Origin: a virus
Taxonomy: Duplodnaviria; Caudoviricetes
Direction: 5' to 3' (one strand)
Length of the DNA: 64,000 bases
IMG/VR virus record: IMGVR_UViG_2706795941_000001
Coordinates: 1-64,000 of that record
How positions within the stretch are numbered: the first letter of the stretch is position 1; each line of letters starts with the position of its first letter. Shown piece after piece: positions 25,801 to 34,507 of this stretch. Under the pieces are notes generated by a model. The model ran no database searches. It saw nothing but the letters and a program-made list of their open reading frames with translations, and was not told where the DNA came from. The translations under genes were made by a program, and so were the position numbers.

Positions 25801-28800
25801 ACGCGCAGGTCGCGGGCTACGGCGCAGCCGAGGATGCCATCTTCGCAAACGAGTTGGCACAGAAGCGACTGCAACTTCAGATCAAGCGGATGGAATCTGC
25901 CGCCGGTGGAGTGGACAGTGTAACCGACTCGTACGCTAAGCTCCAGGGGCAGATCGAAATGCTCCAGGGCAAGCAGGCGGAGCTGCGTGCCGGTGGCGCG
26001 GGGTCTGACATTCTCGGACCTTACGACGACATGATCGGCAAGCTCAAGTCGGAGCAGGGTGCGCTCGGCAGCGGCAACACTGGACCCGGTGCGGCCATCG
26101 CGCAGCTCACCACGCAGCTTGAAGCACTGCAGCGCCAGGCTGAGATCATGGACTTGGAGAAGGCGCTCAAGTTCGATTCGCTGAACCGTAGCATTGAGAA
26201 GTTCAAGTCGAACACCGAGGAACTCTCCTACGGCGAGATCATGAACGGTCTCGACTCGTCTCGCAACTCGGTCAACGCACTGTCCCTTGCGTACGATAGC
26301 CTCGGCTATCAGCTCAAGGGTCAGGAATACCAGATCGCACAGGTTGAAGCTGCGCGCGCCGCGATGCAGGATCAGTACGACCTGGAGAACGACAAGCTCT
26401 CGATCATGAAGGAGAGCTACGACGCTGTCGAGGAGTCGATCCGGGCTGGCGAGCAGGCCATGCAGGACTTCTCCAGTGCGATCGACGAGACAATCCAGCG
26501 CCAGGAAGCGCTCGAGCGTGCGCAGGAAGCTGCTAAGAAGAAAAAGAAGAAGGGTGGAGCTGCGGGCTCGGAGGATGAGTACACCGCAGCCATGGGCTTT
26601 GAGGATGCTGGTCAAGCGGACTTCGCCATCCCCGGCAGCTCGAACGCCATCATGCGCGAAGGCGGCATGGGTAACCAGGCCGGCGAGATCGACGCATTCA
26701 CGGACAACCTTCAGAAGTCCATCGAGGAGTCCCTCGGTGGAATGAACCCCTTCGCCCCGGTCATGGCGGCGTGGGATCGGACCAAGCAGTGGTTCTCGCA
26801 GAACGTTGCCCCCGTCGGTCGTACTGTCGGTGCGATGTTCCAGGGTATCGGCAAGTCCATCCAGGCGGGGTTCAACGGCGGCGAGCCTGCCGTCGATGCA
26901 CTCACACGCGCGTTCGCCGAGGGGCGAATGGGGATAGACGAGTACAAGAAGAGGTTGGGCGAACTCGGGGCGGACACCTCTACCCAGGGAATCCTAGCAC
27001 GACTGAAGGAAGGCGTCGAGGAGAAGGACAACGTCTTCTACAAGATCGGTCAGTGGGTTCAGCAGGCTTGGGAGAAGATCGAAGGATTCGGAAAGCTCGC
27101 TGGCGACTTCCTTGGTAAGCTGTTCGGACCCGACCTCAAGTCCACCCTGGTCATCATCAAGGACGGCCTCTATGAGATCTGGACAAAGGCGTCCGGCCCA
27201 CTCAATGAACTCAAGGATTCCCTCGGGCCGTTCCTCAAGATGGTTGGCGAGCTCGCCGTCATCGTGGGTGGCGCACTCCTCATGGCGTTCGAGGTTGTCT
27301 GGGAGATGCTCAACGGAGCGCTCGGACCCGCCTTCAGTTTCATCGCCGACCTCATCGGTAGTCTGATCCTGGTCATCACCGGCATCGTCAAGGTGATCAC
27401 CGGCGCATTCAACATCGTACTCGGTACGGTGAAGCTGATCTTCAGCATCTTCAAGGGCGTGTTTACGTTCATCAAGGGGCTGTTCTCCGGCGACATCGAC
27501 ATGTCCGGCTTCGAGGGTGTGGGTGCAGCACTTAAGCAGATCTTCGTTGACGGCATCGGCAAGGCGCTCGGCGGTCTGTGGAGTGTCGTCAAAGGCATCT
27601 GGGACGCGATCATTAGCCTATTCAAGAACGCAGCCAAGATCGTTTGGAACGTGGTCTACGGTTTCGTCAAGGGCATCATCGACTTCTTCAAGACCCTGTG
27701 GGACGTGCTCGTCGGGCACTCGATTGTGCCTGACACGATCAACTCGATCATCGACTGGTTCAAGGAATTGCCCGGCAAGCTCCCCGGCATCGTGTGGGGA
27801 GTCATAACCAAGGTCATCGGGTTCTTCCTGAAGCTGCCCCTGATGATCGGCAAGGCACTGCTCACCCTCGGCGGGTTCCTGTTCAATGCCTTCATCACAG
27901 CTATGGCGTGGTTGCTGCCGAAGCTCCCGGGCATGATCTGGAACGTCATCAAGTTCTTTGCGACGTTGCCGTTCAAGATCATCGCCGCACTCGCCGGGTT
28001 CGGCATGAAGCTGCTGGGCTGGATCGGGCAGGCCATCTCCTGGTTGGTCCCACAGCTCCCCGGCATCATCTGGAACCTGATCACATTCTTTGCAACCCTG
28101 CCGTTCAAGATCCTCGGCGCACTCGGTGGCCTCGGACTCAAGCTGCTCGGCTGGATTTGGGATGCGATCAGCTGGCTCGTACCTCAGTTGCCAGGAGCCA
28201 TCTGGAATATCATCAAGTTCTTTGCTACCCTGCCATTCAAGATCATCGGAGCTCTCGTCGGGTTCGGTGGACAGCTATTCGAGTGGGCCAAGGGCGCATT
28301 CATGTGGCTGCTTAGCCAGCTCCCCGGAATCGTCCAGGGTGTGATCGACTTCGCCAAGGAGATTCCGGGTAACTTCATTCGAGGCCTCGGAGTCATCGGC
28401 AAGTTCCTGTGGGAGTGGATGAAGAAGGGCTGGGACTTCCTGGTCAACGAGCTCCCCGGCATTGTCGCAGGCTTCCTAAAGTGGATCGCAGGCATTCCGG
28501 GAATGCTGCTCGGCAAGCTCGGCGACGGCACCAAGGTGCTTTACAGCTACGGTAAAGACATCATCCAGGGCTTGATGAATGGCACCAAGGAGCTTCTCAA
28601 GAAGCTCGGTAGCTGGTTCCTTGAGCAGGTTCCTGACTGGATCGAGAAGCCGTTCAAGCAAGCTCTTGGCATCGAGTCTCCGTCGAAGGTGTTCGCTGGC
28701 TACGGCCAGAACATTGGCGAGGGCTTGATCCTCGGCATCGACAGCATGCAGCGCCAGGTCGAGCAGGCGTCGGTTGGGATCGCGGCGGCGGCAGACAAGG

Positions 28801-31800
28801 GCGAGGTCGCAGGCATGGCGATCTCGGCGGTTGCTGACACTTCGTCGGTGGGTGGCTCGGTGTCCGAACTAGGGTCCGCCGTTGCAGCAAACGGCCCGGT
28901 GGGGGTCGATGCGGCGGTGTCCCCGACCGCCGACGTGGCCGCGTTGCAGGCTGACCTAGACGCTGCGAAAGCCATCTTCGATGCATTCGCAGCCGAGATG
29001 GAATCCAAGTCGGCGGTGTTCGCTGCGACCATCAGCGCCTCGTTCGGTGCGATGTCCTCGAACGCAAGCGCCTCGATGACTAACATCTCGGGCGTGGGCG
29101 TCAGCTCGTTCACGGCACTGCAGACCAGCGTGGTCACGATCGTCACCACCATGGTGACCACCGTGAATGGTCAGCTGCAGCTGTTGATCAGCTATGTCAC
29201 CTCGTTTGGTACATCGTTCACCGCCGCATGGAACGCAGCGTGGACAGCTTGGATGAGCCAGACCACGACCTCGGTCGACCACACGGTGAACGAGTGGACC
29301 CGCATGGCGACGGGTATGCAGTCGACTCTGGACAACAGCATCCGACCCATGTTCGATGAGATGAAGCTCATGCTCACCGAACTGGAGGAAGCCTACACCA
29401 GCACTGTCAACAACGTCGGTACTACCTGGGACGGCATCAAGGAAAAGACTGCAGCCCCCGCTCGATTCGTCATCAACGACGTCTACAACACAGGCCTGCG
29501 CGGTGCGTGGAACAAGTTCAACGAGATGCTTGGCATCGAAGCGTTGCCCGAGTTCACCGCTTCGTTCCGCGAGGGTGGTCCGGTCTGGGGTCCGGGCACC
29601 GGGACCAGCGATAGCATCAACGCGAAGCTCTCGCGCGGTGAGCACGTCATCACCGCAGCAGAGGTCCGGGCGGCGGGCGGCCACGCGGCCATCGAGGCGC
29701 AGCGTCAGTACTGGCGAAGTGGCGGTGGCTACGATGGAGCTATCCAGGCCTTCCGCAACGGCGGTGCAGTGGGCGAGGGCAAGGCCCGTAGCAATCTGCC
29801 ATTGAAGAAGGCGAACTCGAACGCCTACATCACCACGCCTATGCAGCAGGCAATGTGGGACGCAGTTTCGACAGCGTTCCCGAACATCGCATTGCACTCC
29901 GGTACTCGTACATTCGAGACTGGTGCAGGTTTCGATAATCACATGCAGGGGCGCGCGCTCGACCTGAGCCCGATCCCGGAAGCCGCCAAGTGGATTTACG
30001 AGATGAACAAGAAGCAGCCGGTCCTCGAGCTGATCTTCTGGCCGACCACGCTGCACCCGACCAACCTGCACAGTGGTGCCCCGCTCGACTACGGCGCCGC
30101 GACCAACGCTCAGCACATGGACCACGTCCACTGGGCGATGAACTCGATGGTTGATAACGAGGGCAAGGTCGTCTCCATGGTCGGCCCTGGTGACGCGATC
30201 AACCCTGTCAACTACGTGAAGCTGATCGAAGACGCATTCAAGGAGTTCAAGAAGACTGCGCTCGAAGCTGATCCGAAGTTCAAGGGTGGCATTGGACAGT
30301 GGCCTCCGAAGTCTGTCGATCACGGCATGAAGGCTGTCGATTACCTCCGTCCGTTCGCGGAGAAGCTGCAGACGAACTACAGCAGCGGCAACCAGGGTAA
30401 TATTCCTTACAACCTGACTGCCGGTGTCGAGCAGTGGCGTGACCTTGCAAAGAAGATGCTCATAATGCAGGGCGAGTCGGTCACGTACGTCGATCGACTC
30501 CTCATGCAGATGCAGTCGGAGTCCGGCGGTAACCCGAACGCGATCAACCTGTGGGACGAGAATGCAGCAAGGGGCACCCCGTCCAAGGGCCTCATGCAGG
30601 TCATCGACCCGACCTTCCAGGCCAACCGAGATCCGCGTCTGCCGAACAACGTCTGGGATCCTGCAGCCAACATCGCGGCTTCGATTCGCTACACGCGAGG
30701 TCGGTACGGTTCACTGTCGGCTTGGTCCGGAGTCGGCTACGACGCTGGCGGTATCCTGCCCCCCGGCTTCACACTGGCCAACAATCAGACCGGCGGACCT
30801 GAGGCCATCCTCACGGATGCGCAGTGGAGCGCGATGTACACTGCAGCTGCGAACTCGAATCAGCTGGAGCCCGAAGATGTTCAGCACGCCATGGAGCAGG
30901 CGAACAAGAATACGGGCAACACTGCCGACAAGCAGGCTGCGGCAATCATCAAGGGCATGGACGTGTGGCAGCGTGCGTGGACTCCGGAGGTGTTCGACGC
31001 AACCGACAAGGTTGCAGACGCGGCCGACAAGGTTGCAGCCTCGACAGAGACCCAGGCTGCTGGCACGGTTCTGCTGAGCAAGAGCATTGGCAAGTACAAC
31101 GACGAGATCGCTGCACTGTCGAAGTTGCTCAACGCAGTGTCCACCGCTGCGATGGCGAGCACCAAGGTGACCATCACCTACGACGAGCAGGGCAACCAGC
31201 AGTCGGTCAACAACCCGAACCAGAAGACCGACAAGAATGGCAAGCCGATCTTCACTGTGGATCAGCCGACATTTTCGACCTGGGCTCCAGTGTTCGACGC
31301 AGTTGCCGGACTTCTGGAGACCATGCCGTACGCCGAGCGTGACTGGGCTGCAGACAACCCGGTGCCCGGCGAGTCGCAGACGCAGCGTAAGCTGCGTGAA
31401 GCACAGAACATGCTGGTTAACTTCGGCAAGGGTAGCTACAACGTACTCAAGGAGGTCGGACCTCCGCTGCTGCGCCACACCGGCATCATCGGCTCTGCAG
31501 TGGAGAAGCTGATCCAGGAAGATGGCACGGCTTGGACCACCGCGATCGGTATGATCGCAACTGGCAACCAGGCCGGATGGGCTATCATCATTCCGCTCGC
31601 ACTCAAGACGGTTGGCACTTTGTTGCCATTGATCTTGTCCGCGATCCTTGATATAGTCCCAGCGTTGATCCGAGCGATCGTACGGTTCCTCACCCAGTTC
31701 ATGCCTGACTCGGTGTACGCCTACGCAGATATGGCCGCAGCCGAGGCTGCTGTTCAGAACCAGCAGGACACCGGCGAGACTGCAATGGGTCAGGGCCAGC

Positions 31801-31946
31801 GCTACCCGACCGCTCAGTCCACCAACGTTCAGGGTAACGCACCTGTTAACATCTACGTCTACGGAGTTGAATTGCCGAATATCACAGATGGTGACGACGC
31901 CTCCGAGTTCGTGGACCAGCTCAAGCTGTTGGCGGCGAACGAATGA
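22860..31946 (+). CDS. Tape measure protein with peptidase-like and lytic transglycosylase domains
   Basis: 3028 aa, helical Ala/Gly-rich. HMQGRALD...HMDHVHW (about 29940-30138). QSESGGN...GLMQVI..TF SLT motif (about 30508-30620). Confidence 0.95.
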   Translation: MLTTDMIIAIHARTAQAQRQLAQMQGQLKALERAGIDSTNSVGRSVNGLDRTSERARANSNKPWFSQMRASGSQIQWVGRQMSVGLTLPLIGAMAMGTKFALDFEKNMTRVSKVYGDSALEISLGSKGMQEEVDALGRAFVELGNKYGQSASDVAEIGSSWAAAGSSGRALAKQTELTMQTMVLGEMTAAEATEALISIQAQWGVVTESNQDKIEAAGGAVRNRAKDEMSLTNILRQLNAVENETGARMQDLVKGYQRASGTARSAGVETGELAAMIAALVPAAGGAAEAGTALRTMLNRVMTPMNDAKEVLAIMNIDVTKSAWVTKSATERLQEMANSFHKLTGPQQQWLGFVIAGRWHVNRFMILMNAMANANSYYGKTLKTLGEQARVTRIAERELEAVLKSNPQRMKQAGAIIQNSLMKAMIPLVPMITQVALWFGKLANAFAEIPPHIRTTILAVALFLGVLGPLIIFLGMIKLSIGMLAPAFIAMAKFVLLPLKPFMMMFALVGKGLTALPIAAIASARGMLLGFMFMIKSVAMVGAAVGMVAPIVSTALGMAATAIVAWAPTVAALPAMIALAVGKIALVVDALMALMRFRVTAGMAVITTLFAAGPIAWRTALAVSTGGIALVMDALMVLLRVRLVAWFAATKALFFAGPIAWAAAMRTGMAAVYAFMVAGLAAKLTATRVWAVASALIHKIHWATVVGIAKAGMIALVTNVRKLAPLLLKAFASPWVLAIGAVVLILTLFKDQVKVAITNVVDYFRNLPAGIKQGLAPIGRMFTAIKNGILKAFNALPEGIKNAMLAVINVVKAAAMAVYRLFSYLNPFARHSPSLVENVTNGMAVVNDQFANSARVAESNINRIHSAIKSLQGAGAGMVTANDQAKDAEFRGNAAKAGGASALPQYDTLNRQVAESKRALESMNTAIEAQEAKVESVQKSIKRYDQTIKEMNKSLETTKAIQASVGDALDSAKARFDRYSNAQVAGYGAAEDAIFANELAQKRLQLQIKRMESAAGGVDSVTDSYAKLQGQIEMLQGKQAELRAGGAGSDILGPYDDMIGKLKSEQGALGSGNTGPGAAIAQLTTQLEALQRQAEIMDLEKALKFDSLNRSIEKFKSNTEELSYGEIMNGLDSSRNSVNALSLAYDSLGYQLKGQEYQIAQVEAARAAMQDQYDLENDKLSIMKESYDAVEESIRAGEQAMQDFSSAIDETIQRQEALERAQEAAKKKKKKGGAAGSEDEYTAAMGFEDAGQADFAIPGSSNAIMREGGMGNQAGEIDAFTDNLQKSIEESLGGMNPFAPVMAAWDRTKQWFSQNVAPVGRTVGAMFQGIGKSIQAGFNGGEPAVDALTRAFAEGRMGIDEYKKRLGELGADTSTQGILARLKEGVEEKDNVFYKIGQWVQQAWEKIEGFGKLAGDFLGKLFGPDLKSTLVIIKDGLYEIWTKASGPLNELKDSLGPFLKMVGELAVIVGGALLMAFEVVWEMLNGALGPAFSFIADLIGSLILVITGIVKVITGAFNIVLGTVKLIFSIFKGVFTFIKGLFSGDIDMSGFEGVGAALKQIFVDGIGKALGGLWSVVKGIWDAIISLFKNAAKIVWNVVYGFVKGIIDFFKTLWDVLVGHSIVPDTINSIIDWFKELPGKLPGIVWGVITKVIGFFLKLPLMIGKALLTLGGFLFNAFITAMAWLLPKLPGMIWNVIKFFATLPFKIIAALAGFGMKLLGWIGQAISWLVPQLPGIIWNLITFFATLPFKILGALGGLGLKLLGWIWDAISWLVPQLPGAIWNIIKFFATLPFKIIGALVGFGGQLFEWAKGAFMWLLSQLPGIVQGVIDFAKEIPGNFIRGLGVIGKFLWEWMKKGWDFLVNELPGIVAGFLKWIAGIPGMLLGKLGDGTKVLYSYGKDIIQGLMNGTKELLKKLGSWFLEQVPDWIEKPFKQALGIESPSKVFAGYGQNIGEGLILGIDSMQRQVEQASVGIAAAADKGEVAGMAISAVADTSSVGGSVSELGSAVAANGPVGVDAAVSPTADVAALQADLDAAKAIFDAFAAEMESKSAVFAATISASFGAMSSNASASMTNISGVGVSSFTALQTSVVTIVTTMVTTVNGQLQLLISYVTSFGTSFTAAWNAAWTAWMSQTTTSVDHTVNEWTRMATGMQSTLDNSIRPMFDEMKLMLTELEEAYTSTVNNVGTTWDGIKEKTAAPARFVINDVYNTGLRGAWNKFNEMLGIEALPEFTASFREGGPVWGPGTGTSDSINAKLSRGEHVITAAEVRAAGGHAAIEAQRQYWRSGGGYDGAIQAFRNGGAVGEGKARSNLPLKKANSNAYITTPMQQAMWDAVSTAFPNIALHSGTRTFETGAGFDNHMQGRALDLSPIPEAAKWIYEMNKKQPVLELIFWPTTLHPTNLHSGAPLDYGAATNAQHMDHVHWAMNSMVDNEGKVVSMVGPGDAINPVNYVKLIEDAFKEFKKTALEADPKFKGGIGQWPPKSVDHGMKAVDYLRPFAEKLQTNYSSGNQGNIPYNLTAGVEQWRDLAKKMLIMQGESVTYVDRLLMQMQSESGGNPNAINLWDENAARGTPSKGLMQVIDPTFQANRDPRLPNNVWDPAANIAASIRYTRGRYGSLSAWSGVGYDAGGILPPGFTLANNQTGGPEAILTDAQWSAMYTAAANSNQLEPEDVQHAMEQANKNTGNTADKQAAAIIKGMDVWQRAWTPEVFDATDKVADAADKVAASTETQAAGTVLLSKSIGKYNDEIAALSKLLNAVSTAAMASTKVTITYDEQGNQQSVNNPNQKTDKNGKPIFTVDQPTFSTWAPVFDAVAGLLETMPYAERDWAADNPVPGESQTQRKLREAQNMLVNFGKGSYNVLKEVGPPLLRHTGIIGSAVEKLIQEDGTAWTTAIGMIATGNQAGWAIIIPLALKTVGTLLPLILSAILDIVPALIRAIVRFLTQFMPDSVYAYADMAAAEAAVQNQQDTGETAMGQGQRYPTAQSTNVQGNAPVNIYVYGVELPNITDGDDASEFVDQLKLLAANE
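27909..28316 (+). repeat. 132-bp (44-aa) tandem repeats in TMP
   Basis: WL(L/V)(P/S)(K/Q)LPG units start at 27909, 28041, 28173 and 28305. Confidence 0.8.
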
Positions 31947-34507
31947 GCAGGGTGATACACCGCCCGAATCAGGCGGTCGACTACGGAACAGTCAACACGA
32001 CTGGCCAGGGCAACGTCCTCGGGGACGGGAACAACAGCACCTACAAGGACTACTACGAGGACTCGGGCAGTATCCTGCTGTACCCGACCTTCGATCCGGC
32101 GCTCGTGCCCGATGGTCGCCAGATCATCGCGGTACGAGCGGGCCATGTCCAGCGGAACGGCGGCCTGGTCGGCCTGCACAACGGCTGGGTCATGGGGTAC
32201 CTTCGGGTGGACAATGCCCGAGTACTCAAGTCCAAGGCGTACAAGCAGGATGGGTACTCACTCGGAGCTCGAACCATCGAGGGTGAGCCGATCTACAAAG
32301 GTGTCGATGTTCCCTGGGATGCAGCCGACATCAACCGGATGACCACTGACATCGGAGCAGCGACAGGTACGATCGCTCCGAACAAGCGGAACTTCTGGTG
32401 TATCGGCGCAGAGTCCTACATAGTCGTGGTGATCGACGACGATGTGCCTATCCCGACTATCTCGTACCCCGCGAACAATCAGGTCATCGACACTTCGTCG
32501 GTGGACTTCCAGGCTGTAGCAGTTCCCAGCCAGCCGGAGCAGCCGGTCGCTGCCGTGTTCCAGGTGTCACGTGTGAACACCTTCGACGACGACACTGTCG
32601 ATACGTTCGTCGGTGGACTCAACGCCAGCATGACTGCGGGCAGCAAGAGCATCTACGACTCGGTCATCGGCAAGGATTCCTACACCAACCTCGGTCCGGG
32701 CAAGTGGTACGTCCGAGTCAAGGGCATGGACTACCGCGAGGTCCAGTCCGACTGGGGTCCGACTACTTCGTTCACGATCACCCACACCGCACTGCTCACC
32801 CCGACGCTGTTCAATCCGGCGAGCGGTTCTACCAAGGCTACGCCTTACGGGCTGCGTCAGGCAAGCTTCGCCACCAACCCGACCGGCGAGCGTTACGTCG
32901 GAGCGCAGTGGCAGTTCTGCCAGAACAACGACTTCGCTACCGGACCCGTGGTCTCGTGGACAAACAACAAGGAAGGTCGGTACAACCTTGGCCTCGTTGG
33001 CTACACGTCTGATCCCGACCCGACTATCGAGCCTGGCCTCAACGGTTCGAAGGTTTCCACAGACGATCCAGACCAGTACCTCAAGCAGGGCACCTGGTTT
33101 GGACGAGTACGTGCTGTGGATGTCTGGGGACAAACCGGCCCCTGGTCCGCATCTCATTCCTTCACCGTCAGTCATCCTCCGACTGTCCAAGACGTGTGGC
33201 CGAGCGGTGGCAAAGCCTTTGACGACGACGCTTTCCCTGTGCGATGGAAGTTCGGTGACGCCTGGGTCGGTGATGCACAGACTGCATTCCAGGTTATTGT
33301 ACGAGATGGCTCTAACAATGTCATCCACGACACCGGCAAAGTCTCCAGCGGATTCAACACCCGCAAGGTAGTCATCCCTGACACCTTCCTGGAGCAGACG
33401 CTGAACCTGGCGATCAAGTTGTGGGACAAGGACGATGTCGAGTCCCCGTGGTGGACGGGTACCTTCCGGCTTGCCAAGGCTCCGGTCATCACGCTGAACT
33501 ATCCGGCGCCGGACGAGGTGGTCATCACAGGCCAGCCCATCCTCTCCTGGTCGAGTGTGTTCTCCTCGGGGGCAAACCAGAAGTCCTACCACATCGCCTT
33601 CATCAACCGTGCCACCAAGACGGTTGAGTACAAGACGTCCATCATTGCATCCGCTGCGACGACCTGGAATGCTCCGACCGTGGTGCTAAAGAACCTGCAG
33701 AACTACCAGCTAGCACTCACGATCACAGACACCAACGATCTGTACACCACGCTGCTACGGAACTTCAGCACAGACTACGTGCGCCCGCCGACCATCCAGT
33801 GTGAGGCGTTCGTCAACACGTACGAAGATGAAGGCTACATCGACATCATGTGGCCTGACGTGTTGGTCGATCCGCTGTTCGTGGAGTACCGGCTCTATCG
33901 CAAGCGCGTGGACATCGACTTCCAGGACTGGGAACAGATCGGCACAGTCACTGATCCGAACGTGTTCGAGTTCCACGACTGGTCCACCAGTGGCGAGGCG
34001 GTCTACAAGTTCGGCATCACGCAGGTGGTCATGCTCTACGGAGCGCTTGTCGAATCACTGCCGGACGAGAACGGCGCACACCTTGCGGTTCGAGGCAGCC
34101 ACTACTGGCTCATCATCCCGGACCACGAAGAACTCAACACCAAGGTGTACAACGTCACCGGAGACAAGTCCACACGCAGGGTGGAGATGAGCCAGCACGT
34201 CATCATCGAGGGCGGCGGCTCTCGGGTGAACTACGGCAAGCCCATCGGCATCGAGGGTTCGATGACCGCACAGATTCGCGGCGGGTCGCTGTACAGTGCG
34301 CGCGAGTTCAGCCTTCGCCTGGAGCGCATTCAGTTTGAGCGAGGCTACTGCTTCCTGCGTGACCCGTTCGGCAACTACACTCGCATTGCGCTTGGAGAGA
34401 TCGGCGAGAGCAGGGTTCCCGGTGTCGGAACAAACGAGTACAAGGACTTGGAGATCCCATACATTCAGGTGGCAGCACCACCTGACGAGGGAGGGTACGC
34501 GGGATAA
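31943..34507 (+). CDS. Minor tail protein (Ig/FN3-like repeats; distal-tail-like C-terminus)
   Basis: WGPTTSFTITH and WSASHSFTVSH repeats. Directly after TMP. Confidence 0.8.
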   Translation: MSRVIHRPNQAVDYGTVNTTGQGNVLGDGNNSTYKDYYEDSGSILLYPTFDPALVPDGRQIIAVRAGHVQRNGGLVGLHNGWVMGYLRVDNARVLKSKAYKQDGYSLGARTIEGEPIYKGVDVPWDAADINRMTTDIGAATGTIAPNKRNFWCIGAESYIVVVIDDDVPIPTISYPANNQVIDTSSVDFQAVAVPSQPEQPVAAVFQVSRVNTFDDDTVDTFVGGLNASMTAGSKSIYDSVIGKDSYTNLGPGKWYVRVKGMDYREVQSDWGPTTSFTITHTALLTPTLFNPASGSTKATPYGLRQASFATNPTGERYVGAQWQFCQNNDFATGPVVSWTNNKEGRYNLGLVGYTSDPDPTIEPGLNGSKVSTDDPDQYLKQGTWFGRVRAVDVWGQTGPWSASHSFTVSHPPTVQDVWPSGGKAFDDDAFPVRWKFGDAWVGDAQTAFQVIVRDGSNNVIHDTGKVSSGFNTRKVVIPDTFLEQTLNLAIKLWDKDDVESPWWTGTFRLAKAPVITLNYPAPDEVVITGQPILSWSSVFSSGANQKSYHIAFINRATKTVEYKTSIIASAATTWNAPTVVLKNLQNYQLALTITDTNDLYTTLLRNFSTDYVRPPTIQCEAFVNTYEDEGYIDIMWPDVLVDPLFVEYRLYRKRVDIDFQDWEQIGTVTDPNVFEFHDWSTSGEAVYKFGITQVVMLYGALVESLPDENGAHLAVRGSHYWLIIPDHEELNTKVYNVTGDKSTRRVEMSQHVIIEGGGSRVNYGKPIGIEGSMTAQIRGGSLYSAREFSLRLERIQFERGYCFLRDPFGNYTRIALGEIGESRVPGVGTNEYKDLEIPYIQVAAPPDEGGYAG

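Noticed and set aside
26534-26552. A-rich AAG AAA AAG run in the TMP as a second frameshift site
   Set aside because: It encodes a Lys5 linker. No evidence of a useful alternative frame, and the TMP continues intact.
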